A program made the translations under genes and the position numbers. This document shows positions 1-9,309 of a DNA stretch of 64,000 nucleotides, piece after piece (position 1 is the stretch's first letter; every line of letters starts with the position of its first letter). Source of the DNA: an uncultured Acidobacteriota bacterium (GTDB lineage: Bacteria; Acidobacteriota; Terriglobia; Terriglobales; Acidobacteriaceae); NCBI GenBank assembly GCA_963785865.1, contig CAWAXF010000032.1:75733-139732 (forward strand), read 5' to 3'. The notes under the pieces are model-generated. The model was not told the origin of the DNA. It did no database searches and saw only the letters and a program-made list of their open reading frames with translations.

Positions 1-1152
1 GCTCCAACGATTAGAGCCTTTATCAGACGTTGCGTGACCACATCGGCAAAGCGGCGGTTGGGCGCGGTGGAATGCGTGTAATCCTGCACCGCAAGGCCGA
101 AGTGCCCGGACACCGATTCTCCCGCCCTCTCAAGAACATATTCGCCCGGTCCCATCAGCTTGATCACTGCCAGGGAAAGATCCGCGAAGTGATCGGGATC
201 TGCCGCCTTCTGACCAATCAGGAACTGGTCCAGCGCTTTCGAGTCCGGTTCAGCGGGAAGTTTTTCTCCCTTTGCGGCCGCGAGTTGCACGATGCGGTCC
301 CAACGCTTGGGAGTGCGCACAATGCGGCGCAGCGAGGAAACACTTTCCAGCCGGCGCGCGACCACTCCGTTCGCCGCGACCATGAAGTCCTCAATCAAGT
401 CTGTGGCCCGGTTTTTCTGCTGCTTCACAATATCGATCACCTGATCATTCAGCACGAGGGGATGGACCTCGTTGGTTTGAAGGCTAAGGGCGCCGTTCTC
501 GTGGCGCTGCTCTTTCAACCTTTGGGCCACTTCATCCTGCAGTTTCAATTGATCCTGTAAATCACTGTGATCGCGAACTTTGGCCGGAGCCTCGGACGCA
601 CCTTCCAGCCATGCACCGAGCGAGTTGTATTGCAGTTGTGCTTGATTGCGCACTACTGCTCGGTAGAGGTTCGACGAACTAATTGTGCCTTTGGAATCCA
701 CCACGAACTCTGTTACAACGGCGAGCCGGTCCTGGGCTTCCAGCAGTGACGTAATGCCCGTGGAGAGCTCTTCCGGAAGCATGGGGAAGTTACGCACGCC
801 TGTGTACACGGTTGTGGTCTCGTTGGCCGCATGCTGGTCGATCGGACTCTGCTTAGCGGCGAACGCATCGACATCCGCGATGCCGATCATAATCTTCACG
901 TCTCCATTGGAGCCACGCTCGGCCACTTCGATCTGATCCAAATCGCGAGACGTGTCGTTGTCGATGGAAGACCAGAGCAGGTTCCGCAGATCCCGGACTT
1001 CATTGCTGACCGCGACCTGTGGAGGGCTCTTCCTCAAGGCGGGCGAGTTGGTCGGATACAGCCCCAGGGAAGTCTGGTTCGAATCCGTGCTCTTGCATGA
1101 TCTCTTTTGCGATAGCTTGCAGATCCAGATGCGAGGGATTGGCGTCGTGCAT
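1..1152 (-). pseudogene. RNB-domain exoribonuclease (RNase II/R family). The C-terminal part runs off the left edge. There is an apparent frame break near the N-terminus.
   Basis: The minus-strand frame is open to the window edge and reads ...VRDLRNLLWSSIDNDTSRDLDQIEVAE...DFMVAANGVVA...HFGLAVQDYTHSTAPNRRFADVV, which are RNB catalytic-domain signatures. A protein-like 50-codon ORF starts at ATG 1152 (MHDANPSHLDLQAIAKEIMQEHGFEPDFPGAV...) and stops at 1000-1002, in the frame offset by one nt. Confidence 0.7.
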
Positions 1153-1317
1153 GGACTCCCCGAGGCGAAGTGAAGTGCTCTAAAGGCTATCACGGAGTCT
1201 CGATTCGCCTAGTCGATGGCGCACAAAACCAGCAATTTACGCCAATACAGTGATTTACGGGGCTACTGATAAAGAAGTGCGAGAGCCATCGACAGCAGGT
1301 GAATTCTTGCACCGTTG

Positions 1318-1827
1318 CTACTGAGAGCAGCCTGTCGTCTTTTTCTGGCGGCGATTCGCAAGGATGACGTAGACCATGTAGAGCACGATCGCCACATTTC
1401 CGATCAGTAGACCGCAACGCAGCAGAGTCACGCGGCGAAATAGTTCACGCACTTCAAGCGGCAGAAGCAGAGTGCCGGAAACCGCCGCTACCCATTCGGC
1501 CCAAGTGCGGCATCGCCAAAGGCCGTAGGCCTCAATGAACCGAAGTGTCGAGTAAGCAAATGCGAGCCATGCCGCCGCCCAGAGCTTGGAGTCCGTTATG
1601 TTGTCGGCGAAGTTCAGGAACATTTGCGCTATGCGGCGATCGGTGCTGATGTGAAACACGGCGAGAATGCTTTCCGCGTAGAGCCAGGCATCTTTGTGTA
1701 CCAGCAAGAGGGCGCAGATTCCCATCAGCGTCACGAAAACGCCTTTGGAAAATTCGAGGGTGGCTACCGTCTGGAGCACACGCCTTTGGCGGCGAGGTGG
1801 TTCTGGCGTCGGATGGCGCATGCGCAC
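1318..1827 (-). CDS. DUF2127-family membrane protein
   Basis: 169-aa ORF with about 4 hydrophobic segments and the YGLW..R.WAEW pattern typical of DUF2127. The start is uncertain. Confidence 0.55.
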   Translation of the reverse strand: MRMRHPTPEPPRRQRRVLQTVATLEFSKGVFVTLMGICALLLVHKDAWLYAESILAVFHISTDRRIAQMFLNFADNITDSKLWAAAWLAFAYSTLRFIEAYGLWRCRTWAEWVAAVSGTLLLPLEVRELFRRVTLLRCGLLIGNVAIVLYMVYVILANRRQKKTTGCSQ

Positions 1828-1903
1828 GAAACTTACTTACGCAGGTTATCACGCGTACTTGCGAGCACCATACTGTCTATCCCTGTGCGGGCACATGTGA
1901 TCT

Positions 1904-2953
1904 TCAGCGCCTTGCGGCCCACGCCAGCCCGTCGGGGTTTTGACCGACATCAATGTGTCCAACGTCTTCAAGTGACTTGAGATTGATGACCGCAACGTAG
2001 TTGTCGGGAGAACAGGCAACGAAAGCCCTCTCACCATCGGGCTGCACAAGAATGCCCGCGTTGCCGTGTCCCAATTTCAGACGCTTGATTTCCTTGCGTG
2101 TCGCTGACTCTAAGATTGTCAGCTCGCCAGTACGCAGGCTGGAGACCAGGACTCGCGCGCCGTCGGGAGTGAATTTCAACCGGTTGGCTCCGGCGACATT
2201 CGCCGATAGGGTGTCGGTCACATTCTTCGAGGCAACAGTGATGATGGAGATTGTGCCGTCCTGAGAGTTTGCTACCCAGATCTCTTTGCCGTCGGGCGAG
2301 ACATCGAATCCTTCAGAGCCGTTACCGACTTTCACCACGGTCTGCTCCCAATCACCTCCGGGAGGAGTGGGGCGAGGCGGCGCATTGCTTGCGGTACCGG
2401 CAGGCGGACCCGCCGCTCGCGGCGGCACCTTGTCGATGATGCTCACGCTGCCCGAGTTCACATTCGTGGTCAGAATGCGTTTTTGATCCTCCGCGACCCA
2501 GATCATATGAGTGCGATCCTGGCCAGTGCCCAGAATCCAGTCGACTTTGCCCATCTTCGGATCGTAGCTGCCAATCGCTTTTGCAGCCTCCGCAGTGAAC
2601 CACGTCTTGCCGGAAACAAATGCCAAGCCATGGGGACCGCGCAATGGTCCGAGATCGATTGCCGGGAGAGCATTCTTCTCTACCAGGTCAATCACTGCAA
2701 TGGTGTTGTATGCTCCGAAACCATAATTGGAGACATAGGCTGTCTTGCCGTCTGAAGAAGCAATCACCTCGTGCGGATCATTGCCCACCGGAATGCGCGC
2801 GAGAACTTTCAGGCTGGCGGGATCGACAATCGCGAGAGTTTGATCCTTCTTGCTGAGGGCCAACAATAATTGATTCGGCCCGCTCTGCGCCTGGACACTC
2901 GTGGCGAAAATTATGCCGCCGACACATAGAAGAATCAGGCCTCGAACGCTCAC
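1904..2953 (-). CDS. Secreted YncE/YVTN-type beta-propeller repeat protein
   Basis: N-terminal signal peptide (ATSVQAQ). Repeated V.VG..P.G+A.SPDG-like units (GNDPHEVIASSDGK, GFDVSPDGK, LKFTPDGAR, VQPDGER, GQNPDGLAW). Confidence 0.65.
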   Translation of the reverse strand: MSVRGLILLCVGGIIFATSVQAQSGPNQLLLALSKKDQTLAIVDPASLKVLARIPVGNDPHEVIASSDGKTAYVSNYGFGAYNTIAVIDLVEKNALPAIDLGPLRGPHGLAFVSGKTWFTAEAAKAIGSYDPKMGKVDWILGTGQDRTHMIWVAEDQKRILTTNVNSGSVSIIDKVPPRAAGPPAGTASNAPPRPTPPGGDWEQTVVKVGNGSEGFDVSPDGKEIWVANSQDGTISIITVASKNVTDTLSANVAGANRLKFTPDGARVLVSSLRTGELTILESATRKEIKRLKLGHGNAGILVQPDGERAFVACSPDNYVAVINLKSLEDVGHIDVGQNPDGLAWAARR

Positions 2954-3001
2954 GGCACCTCCTCAGCAATATGGGGTACTCCCGGAGGCAAGCGTCCGGG
3001 C

Positions 3002-3988
3002 TTACGTAGTACTTGCCGCAGGCTTTTTTCGGATCGCATCGCGCAACTCTGCGACAATTTCCTGCGACGCTTTGATCGCCGCTGCGTGCTGGTTTACGTT
3101 AAACGAGATAGCACCCACCCGGGCATGACCGCCTCCACCATAGCGCTCGCAAATGCGTGCCAGATTTACTTCCGGCTCCTGCGGAGCCCATGGATTCGAT
3201 CCCACGGATACTTTCACGCGGAAACTGCTCTTGCTCAATCCCACGCTATAGACCGACTCCGGATTGAGGTAGTAAGGAATGAACTTGTTGTAGCCCTCAA
3301 GATCCTGGTCGGTCACATCGAAGAAGATAGTTCCGTCTTTACATTCCGTACGCTCTTTGAGAATGCCCACTGACAGTTCATGACGTCGAAGCAGGGGCGG
3401 CAACAATGGCGCGACAAAAGGCTCTTCCAGAATTTCGTCGAGCGGTTTCGTTGCAAGCAGCGGGATGAGATTGGGCACAAACTCATGATCGGGCGCCGAC
3501 TCGATCACCATCGTCAGCTTCATGGCGGGGGCTTTCATCTCGACTGCGGTCTTCGCGTCAGGATAGAGGGCTCCATCAATGACGTCAGTCCAATACACGA
3601 GATCGGCTACCGGCGTAGGATCGAAACCAAAGCGTTGCTGCGCGATCATCGCGATAAAACTGGTACACGACTTGAAATCCGGATCGTAGAATTTGCGATT
3701 GCTCTGGTCCTGCTCGAAGTGTTCCGCATCGGCTGGCGTGAGAAATGCGCTCTCGTGATGATCGAACCACCATGTGATATTCGGAGAACTGGAGTACTTG
3801 AAATCGACGATGGCGTTCTCCTCGCCGTCAAACTGGTTCTCGTCAAACAGCGCGCCCGCCCGGTGTACCAGGCCGGTGAAGATGAATTCTGCATCACTGC
3901 GAATGCGCTCGCGGTAAAAACGGGAAAACAACGCGGCAGACGAAGCTCCGTCGAAACACTTGTCGTGATAGAAAACACGGATTCGCAA
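3002..3988 (-). CDS. DHH/DHHA1-family phosphoesterase (NrnB-like)
   Basis: Motifs H.K.CFDG, FDHHES (DHH) and C-terminal GGGGHARVGA (DHHA1 GGGH motif). Confidence 0.65.
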   Translation of the reverse strand: MRIRVFYHDKCFDGASSAALFSRFYRERIRSDAEFIFTGLVHRAGALFDENQFDGEENAIVDFKYSSSPNITWWFDHHESAFLTPADAEHFEQDQSNRKFYDPDFKSCTSFIAMIAQQRFGFDPTPVADLVYWTDVIDGALYPDAKTAVEMKAPAMKLTMVIESAPDHEFVPNLIPLLATKPLDEILEEPFVAPLLPPLLRRHELSVGILKERTECKDGTIFFDVTDQDLEGYNKFIPYYLNPESVYSVGLSKSSFRVKVSVGSNPWAPQEPEVNLARICERYGGGGHARVGAISFNVNQHAAAIKASQEIVAELRDAIRKKPAASTT

Positions 3989-4197
3989 TGCATTCCTCGA
4001 TCGTGCAGAATTCCCGCGCCGGGAGTTGGTTTTGGTTCGTTACTCCCCCGTAGGTGAAAAGCTAATAGGATTGACAGCTTGGAGTAAGAAAGTCAAGGGC
4101 AGGAACTGGCTGCGATTCCTCCGGACCGAAGAGCGTCGGCAAGATCAGGCGACTCGCTCACGCGAAAAGTCGACACCAAACGGCGACCGAGCTCGCG

Positions 4198-4647
4198 CTA
4201 CATCGCGTTCGCCTGCTTCTCCGCCATGTCACCGATCATGGGCAACTTGAACATTTTTCCCTGGTTTGCCTTCAGCAGCAACACAATCCAGAGGATCAGC
4301 CCACCCAGGCCGATGAGGGGCCACAGCAAAATGCTCAGCCACCCGAGAAACGGAATGTGCGCGAAAATGCTGAGCACAATCCACAACACGGTCCATGCGA
4401 TGCAGAGAAAAATGCACTGCCAGGCGTGAAAGCGGATAAATCGATTTCGGTTGTAGGGAGCCACGACCAGGAACACAATCGCCGGAATAATCGTCACATA
4501 AGCGAGCATGCCTGCAACGTTGTCGGTCATTCCTTGAGATGTAGCCGCGGTCGCGGCAGATGGGCCTCCGGAAACGCGACTTGCGCAGGCAGCACAGGTC
4601 GTAGAACCGTCCGGGATCTGCGTTCCACACGTGCTGCAATAAGCCAT
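4198..4647 (-). CDS. Zinc-ribbon + DUF4870 membrane protein
   Basis: Internal ATG at 4647 is preceded by GGAGGA. N-terminal CxxC...CxxC ribbon (CSTCG...CAAC), then the AYVTIIPAIVFL...NRFIRFHAWQC DUF4870-like core with 3 TM segments. Confidence 0.65.
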   Translation of the reverse strand: MAYCSTCGTQIPDGSTTCAACASRVSGGPSAATAATSQGMTDNVAGMLAYVTIIPAIVFLVVAPYNRNRFIRFHAWQCIFLCIAWTVLWIVLSIFAHIPFLGWLSILLWPLIGLGGLILWIVLLLKANQGKMFKLPMIGDMAEKQANAM

Positions 4648-4737
4648 GATGATCCTCCATGAAGTCAGCGTCCGGGTGAACGTTCGCGGCAAAATAACAA
4701 AAACAAGCACGCAACGCAATGGAATTCGAGGCTCGCT

Positions 4738-5229
4738 CTAAATCCTGCCGGCATATTGCTCGGCAAACTCGCCCAGCAGCGGGAGTTTGTAGGTCGCTCC
4801 CTGGAAGGCTTTGATCACTAATACGAGCCACGCAAATGTTGCCGCCAGTGTCGCAACTGCAGCAACGAGGACGACCAGCAGCGGTCCCAGCACAGGAACC
4901 GCGAACAAAGCCAGACTCGCGAGCCAAAGCAAGAGCGCGATCAGAATCGTTGCCACCGTGAATAGGAGACACTGCAACGCGTGAAATCGCACGAACAGGT
5001 TCTTACGATATGGCTGCAGGAGGAGAAATGCGATCGCAGGCAGGAAGCTGAAATAGGCGAGAGCTCCAGCCAGGCTTTCCGGAAGGCCCCCCACTCTGCC
5101 GTGCGCCTTCGCAATCACCTGCATCGACCTGCCGCAAGCCGGACAGAAACTGGCTCCTACGGGCATTTGCGCGAAACACTCCGGACAAGATTGGACTGGC
5201 CCCTCGATCTCATGCATTGCGGGCACCAT
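4738..5229 (-). CDS. Zinc-ribbon + DUF4870 membrane protein (tandem paralog)
   Basis: CPEC...CPACG ribbon, then AYFSFLPAIAFLL...NLFVRFHALQC. It has the same architecture and the same C-terminal K(L/F)P(L/M)(L/I)G..AE motif as 4198..4647. The start is ambiguous (5253 TTG, 5229 ATG or 5217 ATG). Confidence 0.6.
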   Translation of the reverse strand: MVPAMHEIEGPVQSCPECFAQMPVGASFCPACGRSMQVIAKAHGRVGGLPESLAGALAYFSFLPAIAFLLLQPYRKNLFVRFHALQCLLFTVATILIALLLWLASLALFAVPVLGPLLVVLVAAVATLAATFAWLVLVIKAFQGATYKLPLLGEFAEQYAGRI

Positions 5230-5360
5230 ATCAAAAGCCAGCTCGAGCGACAAATGGGTGGAATCAAGCTAGCGCATTGACGCACACCATCGCCGATAGT
5301 ATGTTCGTGCGAATTCGCTGCGGCCCGTGCCTGGAAACCGCGCGCGAATCGGAGAAAAGC

Positions 5361-5750
5361 ATGCCCTTCTGTCCTCAGTGCGGCTTCTCAAATGCCGATG
5401 ATGCCGTGGTGTGCGCTCAATGTGGCAGAAATCTGCGGCCAGCCACGCCGGCGCCTCCCTTGCAAGCTACCGGAGTGGTGATGCCTCCCGGGGGCGCTTC
5501 GGTTCCTAACTATCTGGTTTATGCGATCTTGACCACGGTTTTCTGCTGCCTTCCTACGGGCATTCCGGCCATTATTTACGCGTCCCAGGTGAACACGAAG
5601 TTGCAGCTCGGGGATGTGGCCGGAGCGCAAGCTTCCTCGAACAATGCCAAGATGTGGTGCTGGATTTCCCTTGGCCTGGGATTATTAACCTTTGTCGGTT
5701 ATGGGCTGGTGGTTGTCCTTGGGATCGTCGGAAGGCTTCACTCGAGATAA
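5361..5750 (+). CDS. CD225/dispanin-family membrane protein with N-terminal zinc ribbon
   Basis: ATG 5361. CPQCG...CAQCG ribbon, then PNYLVYAILTTVFCCLPTGIPAIIYASQV...AKMWCWISLGLG, the CD225 signature. Confidence 0.7.
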   Translation: MPFCPQCGFSNADDAVVCAQCGRNLRPATPAPPLQATGVVMPPGGASVPNYLVYAILTTVFCCLPTGIPAIIYASQVNTKLQLGDVAGAQASSNNAKMWCWISLGLGLLTFVGYGLVVVLGIVGRLHSR

Positions 5751-5757
5751 TAGCCGT

Positions 5758-6225
5758 ATGCAGGATCGCCATAAAACGTTGGTCTTCGCGGCGATCGGGA
5801 TGGCATTGGCGGCCGCGGTCACACTGCTGCGAGTTTTCGATCCCGCAACATCCACCCTTTTCCCGCCCTGTCCCTTCCGATATGTAACGGGCCTGTATTG
5901 TCCCGGGTGCGGATCATTGCGAGCGGTTCACCAGCTCTTGCATGGTGACTTCCATGCCGCATGGGCAATGAATCCTCTGACTGTGATGCTTTTCCCATTT
6001 CTCGCCTATGCTCTCGCTTGGGAGGCTGCCTTCCACTTCCACGGATTGCGGCTGCCCCAATTCACGTTTCCCGGAAGGTGGATTCGCGCACTGTGCGCTG
6101 CCCTTGTTCTGTTCGGAATCGCGAGAAATATCCCAGTTCACCCATTTGACCTACTGGCTCCGGGAGCGCTCCTGAAAGTGGAGAACCTGAATCGAGTTGA
6201 ACTCAGGATGGCCACAAGTCACTGA
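5758..6225 (+). CDS. DUF2752-family membrane protein
   Basis: CPFRYVTGLYCPGCGSLRA...NPL signature of DUF2752. It starts 8 nt after the CD225 gene. Confidence 0.7.
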   Translation: MQDRHKTLVFAAIGMALAAAVTLLRVFDPATSTLFPPCPFRYVTGLYCPGCGSLRAVHQLLHGDFHAAWAMNPLTVMLFPFLAYALAWEAAFHFHGLRLPQFTFPGRWIRALCAALVLFGIARNIPVHPFDLLAPGALLKVENLNRVELRMATSH

Positions 6226-6710
6226 GCCTGATTCTTCCTGCGGCAGTCTTCGCACACTCCGTAGATCTGAAATGTGTGCCGGGTGGCAAGGTAGTGGTAC
6301 TTTCGGCCAATCTCCTGCTCGAGCAATCCAACCTCGGGCGAGAAGAATTCGACCGAACTGCCGCAATCCGTACACACCATGTGGTGATGGCTGCGGCGGT
6401 TGTACTGATGCTCGTAACGCGCAATCCCGTCGTGAAACGCGACCTCGCTGGCCAAGCCGCATTCCGCGAGCAGTTTGAGCGTGCGGTACACGGTGGTATA
6501 GCCGATGCGGGCATCCTTCTTCTGGACCAGCCGATGGAGTTCATCGGTCGAGAGGTGATCGCGAGTTTCGAGAAAGGTGCGCAAAATCGTGTCGCGCTGG
6601 GCCGTTTGCTTCAGGCCCACGCCCTTCAAGTGCCTGTGGAGGATCTCCTCGGCCTCGCGGACCATCTGGCGGGAAAGGCTGGGCTGATCATCGATGCGCT
6701 TCTGCAGCAT
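6219..6710 (-). CDS. Fur-family metalloregulator (Fur/Zur/PerR not distinguishable by eye)
   Basis: Winged-helix region (GYTTVYRTLKLL), an HHH-containing metal site, and CTDCG...CEDC structural zinc CxxC pairs. Confidence 0.85.
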   Translation of the reverse strand: MLQKRIDDQPSLSRQMVREAEEILHRHLKGVGLKQTAQRDTILRTFLETRDHLSTDELHRLVQKKDARIGYTTVYRTLKLLAECGLASEVAFHDGIARYEHQYNRRSHHHMVCTDCGSSVEFFSPEVGLLEQEIGRKYHYLATRHTFQIYGVCEDCRRKNQAQ

Positions 6711-6746
6711 GGCGGGACGGAAAGAGTCAGGATACCACCGCGATCT

Positions 6747-6767
6747 TGAAAATGAAATTCATTTTCA
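6747..6767. promoter_or_regulatory. Fur-box-like perfect palindrome TGAAAATGAA-A-TTCATTTTCA
   Basis: 10-bp perfect inverted repeat with a 1-nt spacer. The 19-bp core matches 15/19 positions of the classical Fur box GATAATGATAATCATTATC (hand count). It lies 37-57 nt upstream of the Fur-family gene start and just upstream of the divergent acylase gene. Confidence 0.6.
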
Positions 6768-6808
6768 GAACGCTCCGGGCCGCCGTGGCATACAATCGAA
6801 GCTGCCTC

Positions 6809-9271
6809 ATGAGTTCCCTGGCCGAAATTCCCACCAAAGCGGTGCGCCGTTCTGCCCGGCTCCGCATTGTTTTCTGGCTTCTCCTTATCGTGCTCGTCGT
6901 CTTCGGAGGCCTGGGCGGATATGCGTTTTATGCCGCCCACAGCGCGCTGCCCCAACTCGACGGTCACTTACAGGTAAACGGCCTCGCGGCAGCGGTAACG
7001 GTCACCCGCGACAGCCATGGCGTGCCCACGATTGATGCCGCCACTCTGGAAGATCTCTTTTTTGCCCAAGGCTATGTCACCGCGCAGGACCGACTCTGGC
7101 AGATGGACATGATGCGCCGGGTTGGCTCCGGCGAATTGTCGGAAATTCTGGGCGAAGAAACTCTCAAACTGGACCGCGAACAAAGAATTTTGGGCCTGCG
7201 GGCGGCCGCCAGGAAATCTTTCGAGATGGCTACACCGCGAGAGCACGCTTTTTTCGAAGCCTATGCCCGCGGAGTCAATGCATACATCGATCATGCCCGT
7301 AAGCATCTCCCCATTGAATTTCGGATTCTGGGTTATGCACCTGCACGATGGACGGCTCAAGATTCGATAGTCATCGCCAACCAGATGGTGAAAGACCTGA
7401 ACTATCACTACTTTTTCGACGCGCTTGCTCGCGAAAAGATCCTGGCCAAACTTGGACCGGAGTTGACTGCTGAGCTATATGTGAATCAATCCTGGCACGA
7501 CCGTCCGCCCGCCGTGATGCGCGAAGACCTGAGCCAGCATGTAAGTGATTCCAATAACTCAGAAGATGATGAGGACGATGAAGACTCTCCCGACAACGGG
7601 GTGACACGCAACCGTGTTGCGCCGGTCACTCTGCCGGAAATACCTCCGGTAAATGGATCCAACGATTGGGTCATCTCCGGTGCGCACACGGTGACGGGAA
7701 AGCCCCTGCTGTCAAACGACATGCATCTTGCGCATCAGATGCCCAACCTCTGGTACGAAGCGCATCTGCGCTCTGGCGCATTCGACGTAGCGGGGGTGAC
7801 CTTGCCCGGATTACCGTATGTGATCGTCGGACACAACCAGCGCATCGCGTGGGGCTTCACCAACGTGGGCCCGACCGTCACTGACGTGTACATAGAGAAT
7901 TTCAATGCGCAGGGAGGATATCAGACACCGACCGGGTGGCTGCAGCCGGAGCATCGCGTTGAGGTGATTCACGTCAAAGGCAAACCGGACGTGAGCTTGG
8001 ATGTCAGGATCACGCGCCATGGGCCCATCATCAGTGAACTGGTTCCTGGTGAGACGCGAGGTCTTGCCCTGCGCTGGACGCTCTATGACGGACTGCATAT
8101 CCCCTTCTTCGATGTGAACGCATCGCAGAACTGGGAGGATTTCAAGAAAGCCTTCGCGCAACTCGATGCGCCCGGACAGAACGTCGTGTATGCCGATGTG
8201 GACGGCAACATCGGCTATCACGCGACCGGCAAGGTTCCGATTCGCGCTGCGGGAGATGGCAGCCTGCCCGTGAGCGGCGGCGACAATGCTCACGAGTGGA
8301 CGTCCTACATTCCTTTCGACAAACTCCCAAACATTTACAACCCGCCATCCGGCATTATCGGCACCGCCAATGGAAGGATTACGCCGGATGCATATCCAAG
8401 CTCCATCAGCATGGAGTGGGAAGCTCCCTGGCGCACGGCGCGTATTTATCACGTGCTGGAGTCTGGAAGACAGTTCTCTGCCGCCGACATGCTCACGCTG
8501 CAGACCGACGTACAGTCGGAATCAGACCTCTTCGCTGCCGAGCGATTTGTTTATGCCGTCGATCACGCCTCCAAGCCTTCGGCGCGAGCCAGGCAGGCAG
8601 CGGATCTGATGCGAAACTGGGATGGACGCATGCTCGCCAATTCCCCGGTGCCCACAATTACGCAAAAGGCCATCCACGAATTGCGCTGGTTATTGCTTGA
8701 ACCAAAATTGGGACGTGCGCCAGACGATCCAGTGAAAACAGCGGAAGTTCTCAGCTGGAAAACTTACTCCTGGGAAATGTCGTCGGTGTGGCTCGAAAAC
8801 ATCCTCCTGCACCATCCAAAACGGTGGTTGCCGGAGAAGTATCCAAGTTACGACGAGCTACTATCTGCTGCGGTGGAGGCGGCAGTAAACGATCCACAAG
8901 CGCCGAAGGATCTCGCGTCATGGCAATGGGGCCCGATGAACGCTGTTCACATCCAACATCCGATCCTGGGAAGAATTCCGATTCTGCGGTGGTGGTCCGG
9001 TCCGGGCGTGCAGGAACAATCCGGCAGCGGATATACGGTGAAGGCGGTCACGGTTCATCACGGACCTTCGGAGCGGTTCACAGCAAATCTGGCCGATCTG
9101 GATCGCTCAACGCTGAATCTCGTGACGGGAGAGGCGGGAAATTTCCTGAGCCCGTATTACATGGACCAGTGGAAGGCCTGGTACGAGGGAACAACGTTTC
9201 CACTACCCTACAGCGCGCAAGCAGTCGAAGCGGCAAGAGCCCACAAACTGCAGCTTGATCCTGTGAAGTAG
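6809..9271 (+). CDS. Penicillin acylase family Ntn-hydrolase (AHL/PvdQ-type acylase-like), membrane-anchored or secreted
   Basis: N-terminal TM/signal segment, an acidic spacer (SEDDEDDEDSPD), then GSNDWVISG, the nucleophile Ser at the start of the beta subunit. Length is family-typical. I prefer ATG 6809 because the ORF-track TTG at 6746 lies inside the palindrome. Confidence 0.85.
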   Translation: MSSLAEIPTKAVRRSARLRIVFWLLLIVLVVFGGLGGYAFYAAHSALPQLDGHLQVNGLAAAVTVTRDSHGVPTIDAATLEDLFFAQGYVTAQDRLWQMDMMRRVGSGELSEILGEETLKLDREQRILGLRAAARKSFEMATPREHAFFEAYARGVNAYIDHARKHLPIEFRILGYAPARWTAQDSIVIANQMVKDLNYHYFFDALAREKILAKLGPELTAELYVNQSWHDRPPAVMREDLSQHVSDSNNSEDDEDDEDSPDNGVTRNRVAPVTLPEIPPVNGSNDWVISGAHTVTGKPLLSNDMHLAHQMPNLWYEAHLRSGAFDVAGVTLPGLPYVIVGHNQRIAWGFTNVGPTVTDVYIENFNAQGGYQTPTGWLQPEHRVEVIHVKGKPDVSLDVRITRHGPIISELVPGETRGLALRWTLYDGLHIPFFDVNASQNWEDFKKAFAQLDAPGQNVVYADVDGNIGYHATGKVPIRAAGDGSLPVSGGDNAHEWTSYIPFDKLPNIYNPPSGIIGTANGRITPDAYPSSISMEWEAPWRTARIYHVLESGRQFSAADMLTLQTDVQSESDLFAAERFVYAVDHASKPSARARQAADLMRNWDGRMLANSPVPTITQKAIHELRWLLLEPKLGRAPDDPVKTAEVLSWKTYSWEMSSVWLENILLHHPKRWLPEKYPSYDELLSAAVEAAVNDPQAPKDLASWQWGPMNAVHIQHPILGRIPILRWWSGPGVQEQSGSGYTVKAVTVHHGPSERFTANLADLDRSTLNLVTGEAGNFLSPYYMDQWKAWYEGTTFPLPYSAQAVEAARAHKLQLDPVK

Positions 9272-9309
9272 GAATGGCACGGGCACCCGTCTGTTTCCGC
9301 TAAAAGAAC

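Noticed and set aside
1076-1086. GGTTCGAATCC, a tRNA T-arm-like string. Similar strings occur near 41916 and 54687.
   Set aside because: The flanking bases do not form a T-stem, and no acceptor or anticodon arms can be drawn. All lie inside or at the edge of coding regions. No tRNA is called in this window.
6746-6808. TTG 6746 as the start of the acylase (ORF-track start).
   Set aside because: The codon lies inside the 21-bp Fur-box palindrome. The added 21 residues (MKMKFIFRTLRAAVAYNRSCL) precede a normal Arg-rich-then-TM N-terminus that starts at ATG 6809.
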